Part shown: positions 9,234-18,125 of the stretch, one piece after another
Layout: the number at the start of each line of letters is the position of its first letter
How positions within the stretch are numbered: position 1 is the stretch's first letter
UHGV virus genome: UHGV-0197549
Strand: one strand, 5' to 3'
DNA from: a virus
DNA length: 64,000 bases
The notes under the pieces: generated by a model
Told to the model about the DNA's origin: nothing
Database searches by the model: none
The model's input: only the letters and a program-made list of their open reading frames with translations
Made by a program: the position numbers and the translations under genes

Positions 9234-9824
9234 TTAAAATTTAATATATTGATAGATACTGTTGATTTCATCTTTATTCAGTCCGATATATCTTTTGGTA
9301 GTCCGTACGCTTTCATGTACCAGAATCTCATTAAGATACAGCAGGGATTCGGCGCTTCTGCCACATTGTTCGTATAAGAACCTGCCGAACGTCTTCCTGA
9401 AAGAGTGCGTGGAGAAATGCTTGATGGATAACCCGTACTCCCGCTTGAAGTCTTTCAGCTTGTCATTGATGTGCTCCAAAGAATAGGTACGTTTGCGGCG
9501 ATAGTTGTAAATGAGGGGCATATTTTTTTCAGGCTGCCCCATGAGTACGTAAAGCTCCTGCAATTTGGTAGTGACCGACGGGTTCAGGGGGATGCTGCGC
9601 GTCTTCTTTGTCTTATGCTCAATCTTCACCAGTTCGTCAGTGTCGAGCACGTCTATCCAGCGAAGAGTCAGAAGGTCGGATATGCGCAGGGCGGTGCAGA
9701 ACGCCACCCGGCAATAGAGTTCCCATGTATATTGCTTATCTTTTCTCAGGCAATCACACAGGCGGTTGAACTCGTCAATCGGCAGGTAATCTGAGGTAGT
9801 GAGTTGTCCTTTGATGCGTGTCAT
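9234..9824 (-). CDS. minimal tyrosine recombinase (catalytic domain only, 196 aa)
   Basis: Catalytic residues in order: ALRISDL (Arg), HSFRKTF (HxxR), RYIGL (Tyr nucleophile context); no N-terminal core- or arm-binding domain. Confidence 0.8.
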   Translation of the reverse strand: MTRIKGQLTTSDYLPIDEFNRLCDCLRKDKQYTWELYCRVAFCTALRISDLLTLRWIDVLDTDELVKIEHKTKKTRSIPLNPSVTTKLQELYVLMGQPEKNMPLIYNYRRKRTYSLEHINDKLKDFKREYGLSIKHFSTHSFRKTFGRFLYEQCGRSAESLLYLNEILVHESVRTTKRYIGLNKDEINSIYQYIKF

Positions 9825-9825
9825 A

Positions 9826-10593
9826 TTATATTGTAATTTTACTTTTATTCAATTGATTGTTTTGCTTCTCCATATCCGGTTTCAATACTTCCCGAATGGC
9901 GGCTTCCTGCTTACGGCGTTGCCAGAAGTTCCAGAGGGCGGATTCTTCTTTGGGTATTTCACGGACTGAAGGCAGACCGCATTTTCCCAGATGTTCGTTC
10001 ACAAGCCAGCCGCCGTAATAGGTGTCGGGGTTAAGGCTGTCATGCCAGATCACTTCGCCATGGCAACCGTGAATGATAAGGTTACACACTGTCATCATGC
10101 AACAAGTACGGTCAATATCTTCCGCCACCAGATAACTCTTGGGGTGTTCGGCATGTGCGGACAACAAAGTGCGCCCACTGCCACAAGTCGGGTCGGAAAT
10201 CATGCCGTTCTCGTTGACAGCCTTGCCCATAACCATCGTCATCAGCTTGCATACATCATCCGGGGTAAAGTTTTGCCCCAGATTTTTCGTGCGGCTGCTA
10301 CCGCCGGTAAGAGACATGTACAGGTCACCAAATACATCATACCAGCCTTGTATGGCTATTTGTCTTTTCATTATCAGTATCCAGTGGCAGAGTATCTTCC
10401 AGAACACAATGTTGTGTTCCTTTTTATAACTCCATGGTTTAAGGGGTTCGGCTTTCCAAGTGAAGTACCCGATTATGTATCTAAGCATGTCATTGAAGAC
10501 TTCCGTCATGTCATAGCCGTTAGTATACATGAATTGTCTCAATAATTTCTCAATCTCCCGCACTTCGGGGGGAGCTTCGCAGTTTGTACTCAT
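9826..10593 (-). CDS. N6-adenine DNA methyltransferase-like protein with atypical or missing motif IV
   Basis: GQNFTP and DPTCGSGRTLL (motif I) plus the LVAED...NLIIHG region match N6_Mtase; the expected NPPF/NPPY is replaced by a compressed HDSLNPDTYYGGW; stop lies 1 nt before the recombinase ATG. Confidence 0.55.
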   Translation of the reverse strand: MSTNCEAPPEVREIEKLLRQFMYTNGYDMTEVFNDMLRYIIGYFTWKAEPLKPWSYKKEHNIVFWKILCHWILIMKRQIAIQGWYDVFGDLYMSLTGGSSRTKNLGQNFTPDDVCKLMTMVMGKAVNENGMISDPTCGSGRTLLSAHAEHPKSYLVAEDIDRTCCMMTVCNLIIHGCHGEVIWHDSLNPDTYYGGWLVNEHLGKCGLPSVREIPKEESALWNFWQRRKQEAAIREVLKPDMEKQNNQLNKSKITI

Positions 10594-10604
10594 TGGTAGT
10601 AGGG

Positions 10605-10646
10605 TATAAAAAAAGCGGTAGAGTTTTTAGTTCCACCGCTTCATCA
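10605..10646 (-). terminator. rho-independent terminator (minus strand) separating upstream genes from the MTase-like/recombinase pair
   Basis: Minus strand reads AAGCGGT-loop-ACCGCTT followed by TTTTTTT. Confidence 0.55.
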
Positions 10647-10664
10647 GGGTTATTTGTTTTCGCT

Positions 10665-11120
10665 TCATTTCTTTTCTTCGTAGCCTTCAACCTGCTTCAT
10701 CACCATGTTGCAGAAGGTCTGTCCGGCATCCGTGTATTGGCTGAAATACCGTATCATCTTGAAGAAGTTGAATTTAAACTCGCCCCACTTTCCGTAATAG
10801 TGGGCGCCCATCACGTTGCCATAGGATTTCCGGAACAGTTCCGGCGTCAGCCCTTCCGTCGCCCGGACACAATTATAGTCCCAGTTTGCGATCCGGAGCA
10901 TAAGCCGGAAATTCAGCGGTTGGATTTTCCAGGTACCTGAACAGTGTTCCCCGGTTTCTTCTTCGGTAAACTCACCGGAATCGGCATCTTCTGCCAAATT
11001 ATTGAAAATAACCTCCTTCACGGAATCCGGAATAAATTCAAGCTCTTCGCCTTCAGGAGTGGTGGTGAAGTCCACCTGGATAGTGTGGCCGTAATATAGT
11101 TCGGTTAATATTTGTCTCAT
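10665..11120 (-). CDS. hypothetical protein (151 aa)
   Basis: ORF in co-directional tight array. Confidence 0.4.
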   Translation of the reverse strand: MRQILTELYYGHTIQVDFTTTPEGEELEFIPDSVKEVIFNNLAEDADSGEFTEEETGEHCSGTWKIQPLNFRLMLRIANWDYNCVRATEGLTPELFRKSYGNVMGAHYYGKWGEFKFNFFKMIRYFSQYTDAGQTFCNMVMKQVEGYEEKK

Positions 11121-11157
11121 TGTCAGTTGGTTTTAAAAACTTTTTGTTTTTATTTGA

Positions 11158-11568
11158 TTAATCACAAAAATCCGTTGTACAATATGTTTCAAAATAGCTC
11201 TCACAGATAAGTTGATTCCATTCGGCATCACTACCCAAACTATCCCGTAAGTATCCGTAAGTTCGCATTAATTCAAGCCGCTCTTCCTCGTCTATATCGT
11301 CAATATTAATATCACCGGAGCACCAGAGTCGCCCATTGGAGATAAATTCCTTTACTTCCGAGACAACTGAAGATAAACGGATCAGTTCTTCCGGATAGCC
11401 ACCCAATATGTCGTAAATGATTCGCTCGGTAGAGTCCGATTCAGGCAACAGTTTGTCGTGGCAACAGTTCGGCTCGCAATACCAGAACTCCTTATCGGAA
11501 AGTGGCAGGCAGAACTGGAGCGTATCGGGGTCGGTAAATTCGATGTTGGGATTGAGTAGGTTTTTCAT
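11158..11568 (-). CDS. hypothetical acidic protein (136 aa)
   Basis: ORF; acidic stretches (NIDDIDEEERLEL). Confidence 0.4.
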   Translation of the reverse strand: MKNLLNPNIEFTDPDTLQFCLPLSDKEFWYCEPNCCHDKLLPESDSTERIIYDILGGYPEELIRLSSVVSEVKEFISNGRLWCSGDINIDDIDEEERLELMRTYGYLRDSLGSDAEWNQLICESYFETYCTTDFCD

Positions 11569-11601
11569 TTTAGAGTTTCTGTATTTTAAAGCTTTAGAAT
11601 T

Positions 11602-12078
11602 TTAGTGCTCGAATGATTTTTCTGTCAGATAATTAATCTTTAGCTCTTTACATACCATCCAATTGATGTTGTCAAGGCTGTACTGGCAATGGCAGGCCAG
11701 GAAAGTTTCAATCATATCGCTATCGTCAGACATCTTTGTCGTGATAATGTCCACTTCGTTTGTTTCCTGGCACAAGACAGCAATGGTGATTACCTGCTCT
11801 TCCGGGATATTCAGACTTTTGATGAGCAAGCTAATCTCATCCTTGCTCTGTTCATTTGACAGCCATATTTCAAAGGTCTTGTAGGTGACGGCATCTTCCA
11901 GAATAGTTTCATAGTCATCTGAACTTAAACCTACCCAGTCATCGTCATCTCCGTACTCCTTGCACATGATATCAATGTGATGTTTTTCACTGATACTTTG
12001 CTCTCCCTTGTCGGGGTTTAGTAAGTATAGGGCTTCCGTACGTGTAAGGGATATATCAAAGTTTGTTTCTTTAGTCAT
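11602..12078 (-). CDS. hypothetical acidic protein (158 aa)
   Basis: ORF; KEYGDDDDWVGLSSDDYETILED. Confidence 0.4.
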   Translation of the reverse strand: MTKETNFDISLTRTEALYLLNPDKGEQSISEKHHIDIMCKEYGDDDDWVGLSSDDYETILEDAVTYKTFEIWLSNEQSKDEISLLIKSLNIPEEQVITIAVLCQETNEVDIITTKMSDDSDMIETFLACHCQYSLDNINWMVCKELKINYLTEKSFEH

Positions 12079-12212
12079 TTCCTTTGTTTTAAATTTCTTG
12101 TATTACTTTCTTTGCCTTCTTCGCTTTTCTTACTTAAAATTGGTAGTCTACGACTTTGCATACTTCCAGAATCAGACCGTTAATTGACAGCAATTCGCCT
12201 TCAATTATTTCA

Positions 12213-12608
12213 CTACAATAGCTCATCTAATTCTTTCATTATATCAGCTTTGGTAGCATAGGCACGCAAACCAAGTAATTGAATAAACAGCTTGCGGTCA
12301 ATCATTTTAACTCCGCTATATTGGGCAACGTAATTCTGCAACAAACTAATAATAGAAGGTGCCAGCCTATGCCTGTTGTCCTGAACTTGTAAACTACACT
12401 GTATTAACTCGCCTAATTCACCCCTTGCATCATATTCATTAATGACTCCACCTATTCTAATTTGTTCATATATGAACTTTCCTTCATCTATTTCGTCGAC
12501 TTTCTCACATAAGCTTGTAAAAAAGTTTTCGTCAATAATTTGTGATAAAATATCATTCTTTACCATCTCTTTGAAGGATTCTATCTGTTTCGCTGTATAC
12601 CGTTTCAT
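12213..12608 (-). CDS. hypothetical protein (131 aa)
   Basis: ORF. Confidence 0.4.
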   Translation of the reverse strand: MKRYTAKQIESFKEMVKNDILSQIIDENFFTSLCEKVDEIDEGKFIYEQIRIGGVINEYDARGELGELIQCSLQVQDNRHRLAPSIISLLQNYVAQYSGVKMIDRKLFIQLLGLRAYATKADIMKELDELL

Positions 12609-12614
12609 TTGGTT

Positions 12615-13025
12615 TCATTCCTCCGTATTCAGTCTGGCTTCAAAGCCTTTAATCACCTCAGATGCAACGTTGCATAACTCCACCTGCTGCTGGAAATAAC
12701 GTGTCTTGAAACGGCGGTGCAGGAACAGTCTGAAACAACGCCATTTCCAGCGGATTTTCCATGTATGGGGGTACTCTCTTTTCCGGGCATTCAGATAAAA
12801 GGCACGATGGGAACAACTACTAAGAAGGCGCATCAACCTGTAGCGCGTGACACCTTCATTGCCTGTATCGGACATGTGATCCCTGACCAATCCGTAAAGG
12901 AGGTCAAAGTCAGGCGAGGATTTCAGGTAAAACTCCCGGAAAACAGTGTTTTTATTATTCTTCCACTCTTCCGGAGTACTGGGATAAGGCTCTTGCTTGA
13001 AGAGGTTCACTATTTTATTTATCAT
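12615..13025 (-). CDS. hypothetical basic protein (136 aa)
   Basis: ORF. Confidence 0.4.
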   Translation of the reverse strand: MINKIVNLFKQEPYPSTPEEWKNNKNTVFREFYLKSSPDFDLLYGLVRDHMSDTGNEGVTRYRLMRLLSSCSHRAFYLNARKREYPHTWKIRWKWRCFRLFLHRRFKTRYFQQQVELCNVASEVIKGFEARLNTEE

Positions 13026-13327
13026 TGCTGTTTATTGTTACGTTGATATAATTGCCCTTCCTTGGTCACCCTTATGTATCTTTTAGCTCTTGTAAAGGGA
13101 CTGGAGCAACATTTGTTCTTATTCACTTTAGGCTTGTCACATCCACAAGAACTGCCGGAACAACTGCCGAACAGACTGTGGATGCACATGTAGTATCTCT
13201 CGGGGGATTGATTGGCCGGCATAGTATGAAGGTAATTTAATATATTAGTAGGTTCTTGATTCTTAAGATTGTTTAGATTTCGGCAGCTTGCCCGGTTAAC
13301 TGTTGCAGCGAAAACTGGTTTGTCCAA
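13022..13327 (-). CDS. hypothetical Cys-rich small protein
   Basis: ORF; CSGSSCGCDKPKVNKNKCC. Confidence 0.3.
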   Translation of the reverse strand: MDKPVFAATVNRASCRNLNNLKNQEPTNILNYLHTMPANQSPERYYMCIHSLFGSCSGSSCGCDKPKVNKNKCCSSPFTRAKRYIRVTKEGQLYQRNNKQQ

Positions 13328-13737
13328 AATTCCTCGTTTGTATGTTTGCCGAACACTTGGTATATAGCATTGCCATCACGATATATCACGATCTTGAAAA
13401 AGTCCAATCTGTTTTCGGGGGAAGCCAGTTTGTCCAGTTCATCGTCATCCAGTTCCACATATACCCAATCTCTGTCTGCCAACAATTCTTCTATGTTCAG
13501 CTCTTCGACCAGCTCATCGTCCAATCCGGATTGGAAAAATTCTACCGAACCGTCATGAAACCTTATTGACTGGAAATTGTAATCGTCTTTGAAGGGCTTG
13601 ACGGCCTCAAGCCTCGTTGCCTGTAGCCTCCTCCATTCTTCCGACAAATGTATAACTGCGAAATCGCAGCAATCCCACTCGCTGTTCGTTTTTGCCCTGA
13701 TTAGAATTTCTGCTGTCGGCTTGTCTGATACTTTCAT
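13273..13737 (-). CDS. hypothetical acidic protein (154 aa)
   Basis: ORF; ELNIEELLADRDWVYVELDDDELD. Confidence 0.4.
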   Translation of the reverse strand: MKVSDKPTAEILIRAKTNSEWDCCDFAVIHLSEEWRRLQATRLEAVKPFKDDYNFQSIRFHDGSVEFFQSGLDDELVEELNIEELLADRDWVYVELDDDELDKLASPENRLDFFKIVIYRDGNAIYQVFGKHTNEEFWTNQFSLQQLTGQAAEI

Positions 13738-13782
13738 TGATTTGAATTTTAATTGTTTATGGATTAGTATGTAATTGATAGG

Positions 13783-14898
13783 TTATATCCCCTTTAGGTT
13801 TAGTCCTTCCAGCGCTCTTCTGGTGGCATCCACCGCATTGGGCGTTATTATTCGCTGCCATGCCCCACTGGTCGGTGCCCAATTGAATGAAAAGTCACGG
13901 TTGAGCCTGTTGAGCATTGTGTAGTCCGGCTTCTCATCAAAGAAAATCTGGATACGCTTTATCTCATAATTCAGTACTACTTTGCCACCGTCAAAAGGAC
14001 ATTCCTTGTTCCCCATGCCGGCAAGCTTTTCCTGTTGCTCTTTTACCTTGCGTGCCACCTCTGAAAGCTGGAAGAACTTGTGGCGTTCGGTGATGATCGG
14101 TTTCTTTTCCCTTGCGTTCCACTCCCGGATGTATGCCAGCGCCTTGTCTACAATTTCCACCTCACCGTGAGAGGCAAAAGTGCTCACCTTATTATAGATG
14201 CTGGAGACGAACAAGGGTTTGGAAGAACATCTGTTTATACCGGTGTTGATTTCATGGATGGTGGCTGCGCTACTGCCAATAGCATTGCGCAGCCTTTTCC
14301 AGTCTTCGTCCTTCTTCTGCTCTTCCGGTTTCCCTGCTTCGATACGTTTTGCGATAGCTTTCAAAGCACGTTCGCGCCACTCGGTAAACTCTTCCGACCG
14401 TTTCTGGTAAGACTCGTTCGCCTTTTCATTCCTGCGGTGATTGAAGTTTGCAGCACCCGTAACAAATGTGCTTGCACACCGGGAACTGGCGGCAAGCATG
14501 GCGGAGTAATGCTGTTTGAAGTTCTGAATATATTGCTCGCGTTCACCTTCCGGCATCTTCATCAGATCATAATGAAGTGTCTTTTCGTATGCGACAATGG
14601 AGTCTTCGCCGAGTATGTCCGGGTCTTGTGAGGTGTTGCGATACGCATCCTGCGCCTGTTGCCAGTAACATCCCAGATAATCGGGGTAATGGAACCTCAC
14701 GACTTCCCATTGCGGATAGTTATCTTTAGACACCGGAGTGGCGGCATCATCTTCTCCTATGGTATGCAGGTGGTTGCGGAAGCCTAATCGCTGTCCTCTG
14801 TAATTGAACCGGGAAGGCTCGCTTTGCGGGTTATCCACAGGGCGAACGTTTTTAACGCGGTGTGCGTTTTGGGCGGTTAATAAGATAGGTTGATTCAT
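13783..14898 (-). CDS. hypothetical protein (371 aa)
   Basis: Long ORF; no catalytic motif recognised. Confidence 0.5.
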   Translation of the reverse strand: MNQPILLTAQNAHRVKNVRPVDNPQSEPSRFNYRGQRLGFRNHLHTIGEDDAATPVSKDNYPQWEVVRFHYPDYLGCYWQQAQDAYRNTSQDPDILGEDSIVAYEKTLHYDLMKMPEGEREQYIQNFKQHYSAMLAASSRCASTFVTGAANFNHRRNEKANESYQKRSEEFTEWRERALKAIAKRIEAGKPEEQKKDEDWKRLRNAIGSSAATIHEINTGINRCSSKPLFVSSIYNKVSTFASHGEVEIVDKALAYIREWNAREKKPIITERHKFFQLSEVARKVKEQQEKLAGMGNKECPFDGGKVVLNYEIKRIQIFFDEKPDYTMLNRLNRDFSFNWAPTSGAWQRIITPNAVDATRRALEGLNLKGI

Positions 14899-14913
14899 TG
14901 TTGTGCTCTTTGA

Positions 14914-15201
14914 TTATTTTACGTTATTTTTACTTTGAGCCTTTAATGCTTGTCTTGCTTCCCATACTTTTTGTGCTCTTTGTATTCTCTTTTTGGGACT
15001 CAATTTTTTACATGTTTGACAATAGGCGATAACCCTCTGTGAATCATATTCTTCTCTTGTGATAGGTTCACCACAACATTCGCACACATAAGTTACACTC
15101 ATATTCTTAATAATTATATAGTTAATATTTTCTTTACCACACCATACTATGTTGATTGAGGGCGTATGTATTCCCTTGAAATTCAGATGTTTTTTCGGCA
15201 T
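14914..15201 (-). CDS. small zinc-ribbon protein
   Basis: CECCGEP...CQTCKK. Confidence 0.4.
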   Translation of the reverse strand: MPKKHLNFKGIHTPSINIVWCGKENINYIIIKNMSVTYVCECCGEPITREEYDSQRVIAYCQTCKKLSPKKRIQRAQKVWEARQALKAQSKNNVK

Positions 15202-15252
15202 CCAAGAACAATGTGATTACCGGCGGGGGCATGGCTTTATCGGCTTGATTTG

Positions 15253-15303
15253 ATGCCTCCAGCTTGATGGAGGTGCCCTGGCATTTGCAGTGGGCACCTC
15301 CTG
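15253..15303. promoter_or_regulatory. two overlapping, mutually exclusive hairpins sharing the GGAGGTGCC segment
   Basis: GCCTCCA-gcttga-TGGAGGTGC and GGAGGTGCC-15 nt-GGCACCTCC cannot form together; they sit in a 330-bp intergenic region. Confidence 0.3.
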
Positions 15304-15531
15304 AATATATGGAGGCAGCAACTAAATTTCCCGGTCCCTCACATTATGCCTGCCAGGCATAAGAAAGGATGTGACTGACAATCGGGGTATGTCTTTACTG
15401 ATTAGATGCATGGTCTTCTGTTGAATCAGGAGACAACAAGCCTGTAGGCTTTGTATCCTGATTTATTAAAGAAGACGATCTGAAATATATTGGCCCGTCA
15501 CATCGTGCTTACCAAGCAATGAAGATATTTA

Positions 15532-16680
15532 TTATTTCTTCTTACGCCACTCGGCCATCTTCTTCTTGATGTCGATGTTGTTGTCAGCCAGCATCTTCTT
15601 CAGGACTGCCAGCAAACGCCATCCTTCACCGTTCGCATACATCATTGCCTTAATCCGGAGGAAATCCAGAGACTGAGTTTTATCCAGACGGTTTTCTCCA
15701 TCATCGTAAGCTACACACCCATGGAAACGGATAAGGTTTTGCATAGTGAAGTATGCTCCCGAACCCTTGTAGGCGTCTATCCATGCTTTACTTTGCGGAG
15801 TATCGAACGCCATCTTGATGCGAAGGTTATTAAAGATTCTGGCGGCATTATAAAGCTGGGCGGCATTCTTCGCTTGTCTGATGCGTGCCATTGCCATATC
15901 GAGCGGGTAATACAGTTTGATTGCCAAATCCGACACGAAAATATTGCGGCTGCATATACGTTTGTAAGGAATGCCTTTACAATTCCTGACTTTCAAAGCA
16001 TCCACACGCTCTTTAAGCTGTATTGTATAATCTCTTGCCATCGCCTCCACTACATTGGTATTGAACCACCGGTTACGCTCGATGAAGCTCTCCGGGTCCT
16101 TGCTTTCCATCTTCATCTGTGCGTACAACTCGTTCATCAGCATCTTCCACTGGTACTCATAGCCCAGGCGATGTATCATCTCAGTCACACCCAGCGGTTC
16201 TTTGGAACGATATGCTGTCTCGGACATCATGTGGAACATCTTGGACATTACCCAACGGCGGAACAGGTGACCGTTCGGAACCGTCCCCTGGGAGATGATT
16301 ATGTCGAAAAGCGGGTCGTTGTCATTCAGCACGACAAGCTTGCCGCCTTTGTTGGATGCGATACACTCGCCGCCATTCGCTCCCCGCATGGCGAACAGGC
16401 AGCTTACATCCACACCTGCATTGCGTAGCGCCTCGATGCGTTCGTCCGCTTTTTCAGGTAGCTTGGCAGGTGCAGTCTTTTTTTCGACGACTGCGGGAAA
16501 GATTACTCCCAGGCCCGAGTCTTCACCGATCACTGTTGCCACGGTCGTAAATTCGTTCTTCGCAATAGCGAACTCCGTGCCGCACCCGGGGCACAATACC
16601 TTAGTCCCTCTGGTCGCTTTGGTTACTTTCGTTCCTCTGGTCGCTTTCGTTCCTCTTGTTTCTTTTTTCTTACTGTTCAT
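15532..16680 (-). CDS. hypothetical protein with N-terminal TRGTKA/V peptide repeats and a CxxC motif
   Basis: N-terminus ETRGTKATRGTKVTKATRGTKVLCPGCGTEF. Confidence 0.5.
   Translation of the reverse strand: MNSKKKETRGTKATRGTKVTKATRGTKVLCPGCGTEFAIAKNEFTTVATVIGEDSGLGVIFPAVVEKKTAPAKLPEKADERIEALRNAGVDVSCLFAMRGANGGECIASNKGGKLVVLNDNDPLFDIIISQGTVPNGHLFRRWVMSKMFHMMSETAYRSKEPLGVTEMIHRLGYEYQWKMLMNELYAQMKMESKDPESFIERNRWFNTNVVEAMARDYTIQLKERVDALKVRNCKGIPYKRICSRNIFVSDLAIKLYYPLDMAMARIRQAKNAAQLYNAARIFNNLRIKMAFDTPQSKAWIDAYKGSGAYFTMQNLIRFHGCVAYDDGENRLDKTQSLDFLRIKAMMYANGEGWRLLAVLKKMLADNNIDIKKKMAEWRKKK
16600..16665. repeat. tandem ~21-bp DNA repeats encoding the TRGTKA peptide repeats
   Basis: cctctggtcgctttggttactttcgtt / cctctggtcgctttcgtt. 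Confidence 0.55.
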
Positions 16681-16699
16681 TTGTTAAATTATTGATTGG

Positions 16700-17236
16700 T
16701 TAATTGTTATTGGATTCTATCTTTTCTATCCAGTTTCTTAGTATCACAAGGTCTTTATCCTTACTGCTCTGCCAGAACCATTTGCCCATCGTTTCCGGAT
16801 TCCATTTGATTCCACCCAATATCTGGCAGAGGACATATAATTCAAGTTCGACTTGAGCCTTGTCACGGCGTTCACCGAAAAGCATGGCGTCGTCGTTCAG
16901 GCTCTTTTCAGGCAATGCCATGAAGTACCGCCGTGACTTGCTCTCGCTCCGTTCTGAAGGGACTGAGTGCTTGTAGATGCGGTAGAGTTCTTCCACATTG
17001 GCAAGAAACTCGTCCTCGCTGCAACATGGCACGCCCAGTTCGCCCTCGTACTTGCCATCTTGTATGATAGGCTTGCCGTTTAGTTTCAGGCTTCGGGAAC
17101 GGAAATCAATCTTGAAGCTTGTGCCACCCTCGACGGCTTGGATGGCTTTCTGATAGATACACTGACATTGATTGTTGCTGTTATTGTCCATATTTTCTCG
17201 GTTGTCAATTTTATTAATTATTACACTCAAGGTCAC
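16700..17236 (-). CDS. hypothetical protein (178 aa)
   Basis: ORF. Confidence 0.4.
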   Translation of the reverse strand: MTLSVIINKIDNRENMDNNSNNQCQCIYQKAIQAVEGGTSFKIDFRSRSLKLNGKPIIQDGKYEGELGVPCCSEDEFLANVEELYRIYKHSVPSERSESKSRRYFMALPEKSLNDDAMLFGERRDKAQVELELYVLCQILGGIKWNPETMGKWFWQSSKDKDLVILRNWIEKIESNNN

Positions 17237-17621
17237 GGCGCATTACTTTATAATTCTGATGAATACAGGATGTACTGTATCCTGGAACCTCGGTTATAAC
17301 CAGGTGCCAGGATACAAATGAAATACTGTATGCTGAATCTGATCCCTTGTGCAATACTTGGTTGCGCTACCATACCTTTACCTCTTCTTTTTTCAGTCTC
17401 ATTAGGTTGGCACATTACTTTACTGATTTGATATGACCAGCGTGTAAATACTGGCGGACCACGACAATCGGGAGTCGGTCCCCAGTAGTTTTCAGGCTGA
17501 ACCATTAAAGCCCTGATCTTGACTGGTTGCTTTGTGCTAAGCTTACTTTTATTTGCGGTTCTCAAAATACCGGCACATTTCTTTATACATCTGATGTTTG
17601 CCGTGGCTGGGAAGCCGTAAC

Positions 17622-17661
17622 GGCGCCGGCGGAGTGCTCAGTAGAGAGTTCCGCCGGCGCC
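17622..17661. other. perfect 11-bp GC-only stem-loop (GGCGCCGGCGG...CCGCCGGCGCC) inside the non-coding tract 3' of the RT
   Basis: Seen directly; no T-run on either strand, so it is not an intrinsic terminator. Confidence 0.5.
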
Positions 17662-17792
17662 AAGGAGGCTTATTGTACACGGCATACTAAATATTATTCC
17701 TTGAACCATACTTCTTTTCTTATTTTTTTTCTTCTTTTGTGCTAAGAAGAGAAAGCTCTCATAACAGCGACACATTGCTATACGCTCTTGAT

Positions 17793-17888
17793 ATGTCCCG
17801 CGTATTCCAGCTCCATAAAGAGTCTGAAGGCGGTGGATTAACGGCCTTCAAGACTCTGCATGAGCTGGATTCCGCACGCGGGATATTA
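17793..17888. other. ~95-nt compound hairpin (three nested helices), candidate structured RNA
   Basis: tcccgcg/cgcggga, tccagctc/gagctgga and agagtctgaaggc/gccttcaagactct pair as nested arms. Confidence 0.35.
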
Positions 17889-18125
17889 ATTGTTGTTCCT
17901 TGAGCTTCATTGATGTGTTTCAGTATTATTATTTATTATGATGTCAAGCAAGCGACACAATTCTTTAAATTCTTGATATTTACAGGAATGAACCAGAATT
18001 TAACTGAGATCGACCGGGAGCTAAACCGGTTGATCTCGTATGAATTCTGGTATACTAAGCCTGTAACATTAAATGCCTTGCACCTTCATCATCCACCGTG
18101 TGTTCGGTAAGTTCCTATAATGTTC

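Noticed and set aside
17248-17565. 105-aa minus-strand ORF in the RT 3' tract
   Set aside because: It overlaps the structured, low-complexity non-coding tract, has no start context, and has unusual composition. It was treated as non-coding.
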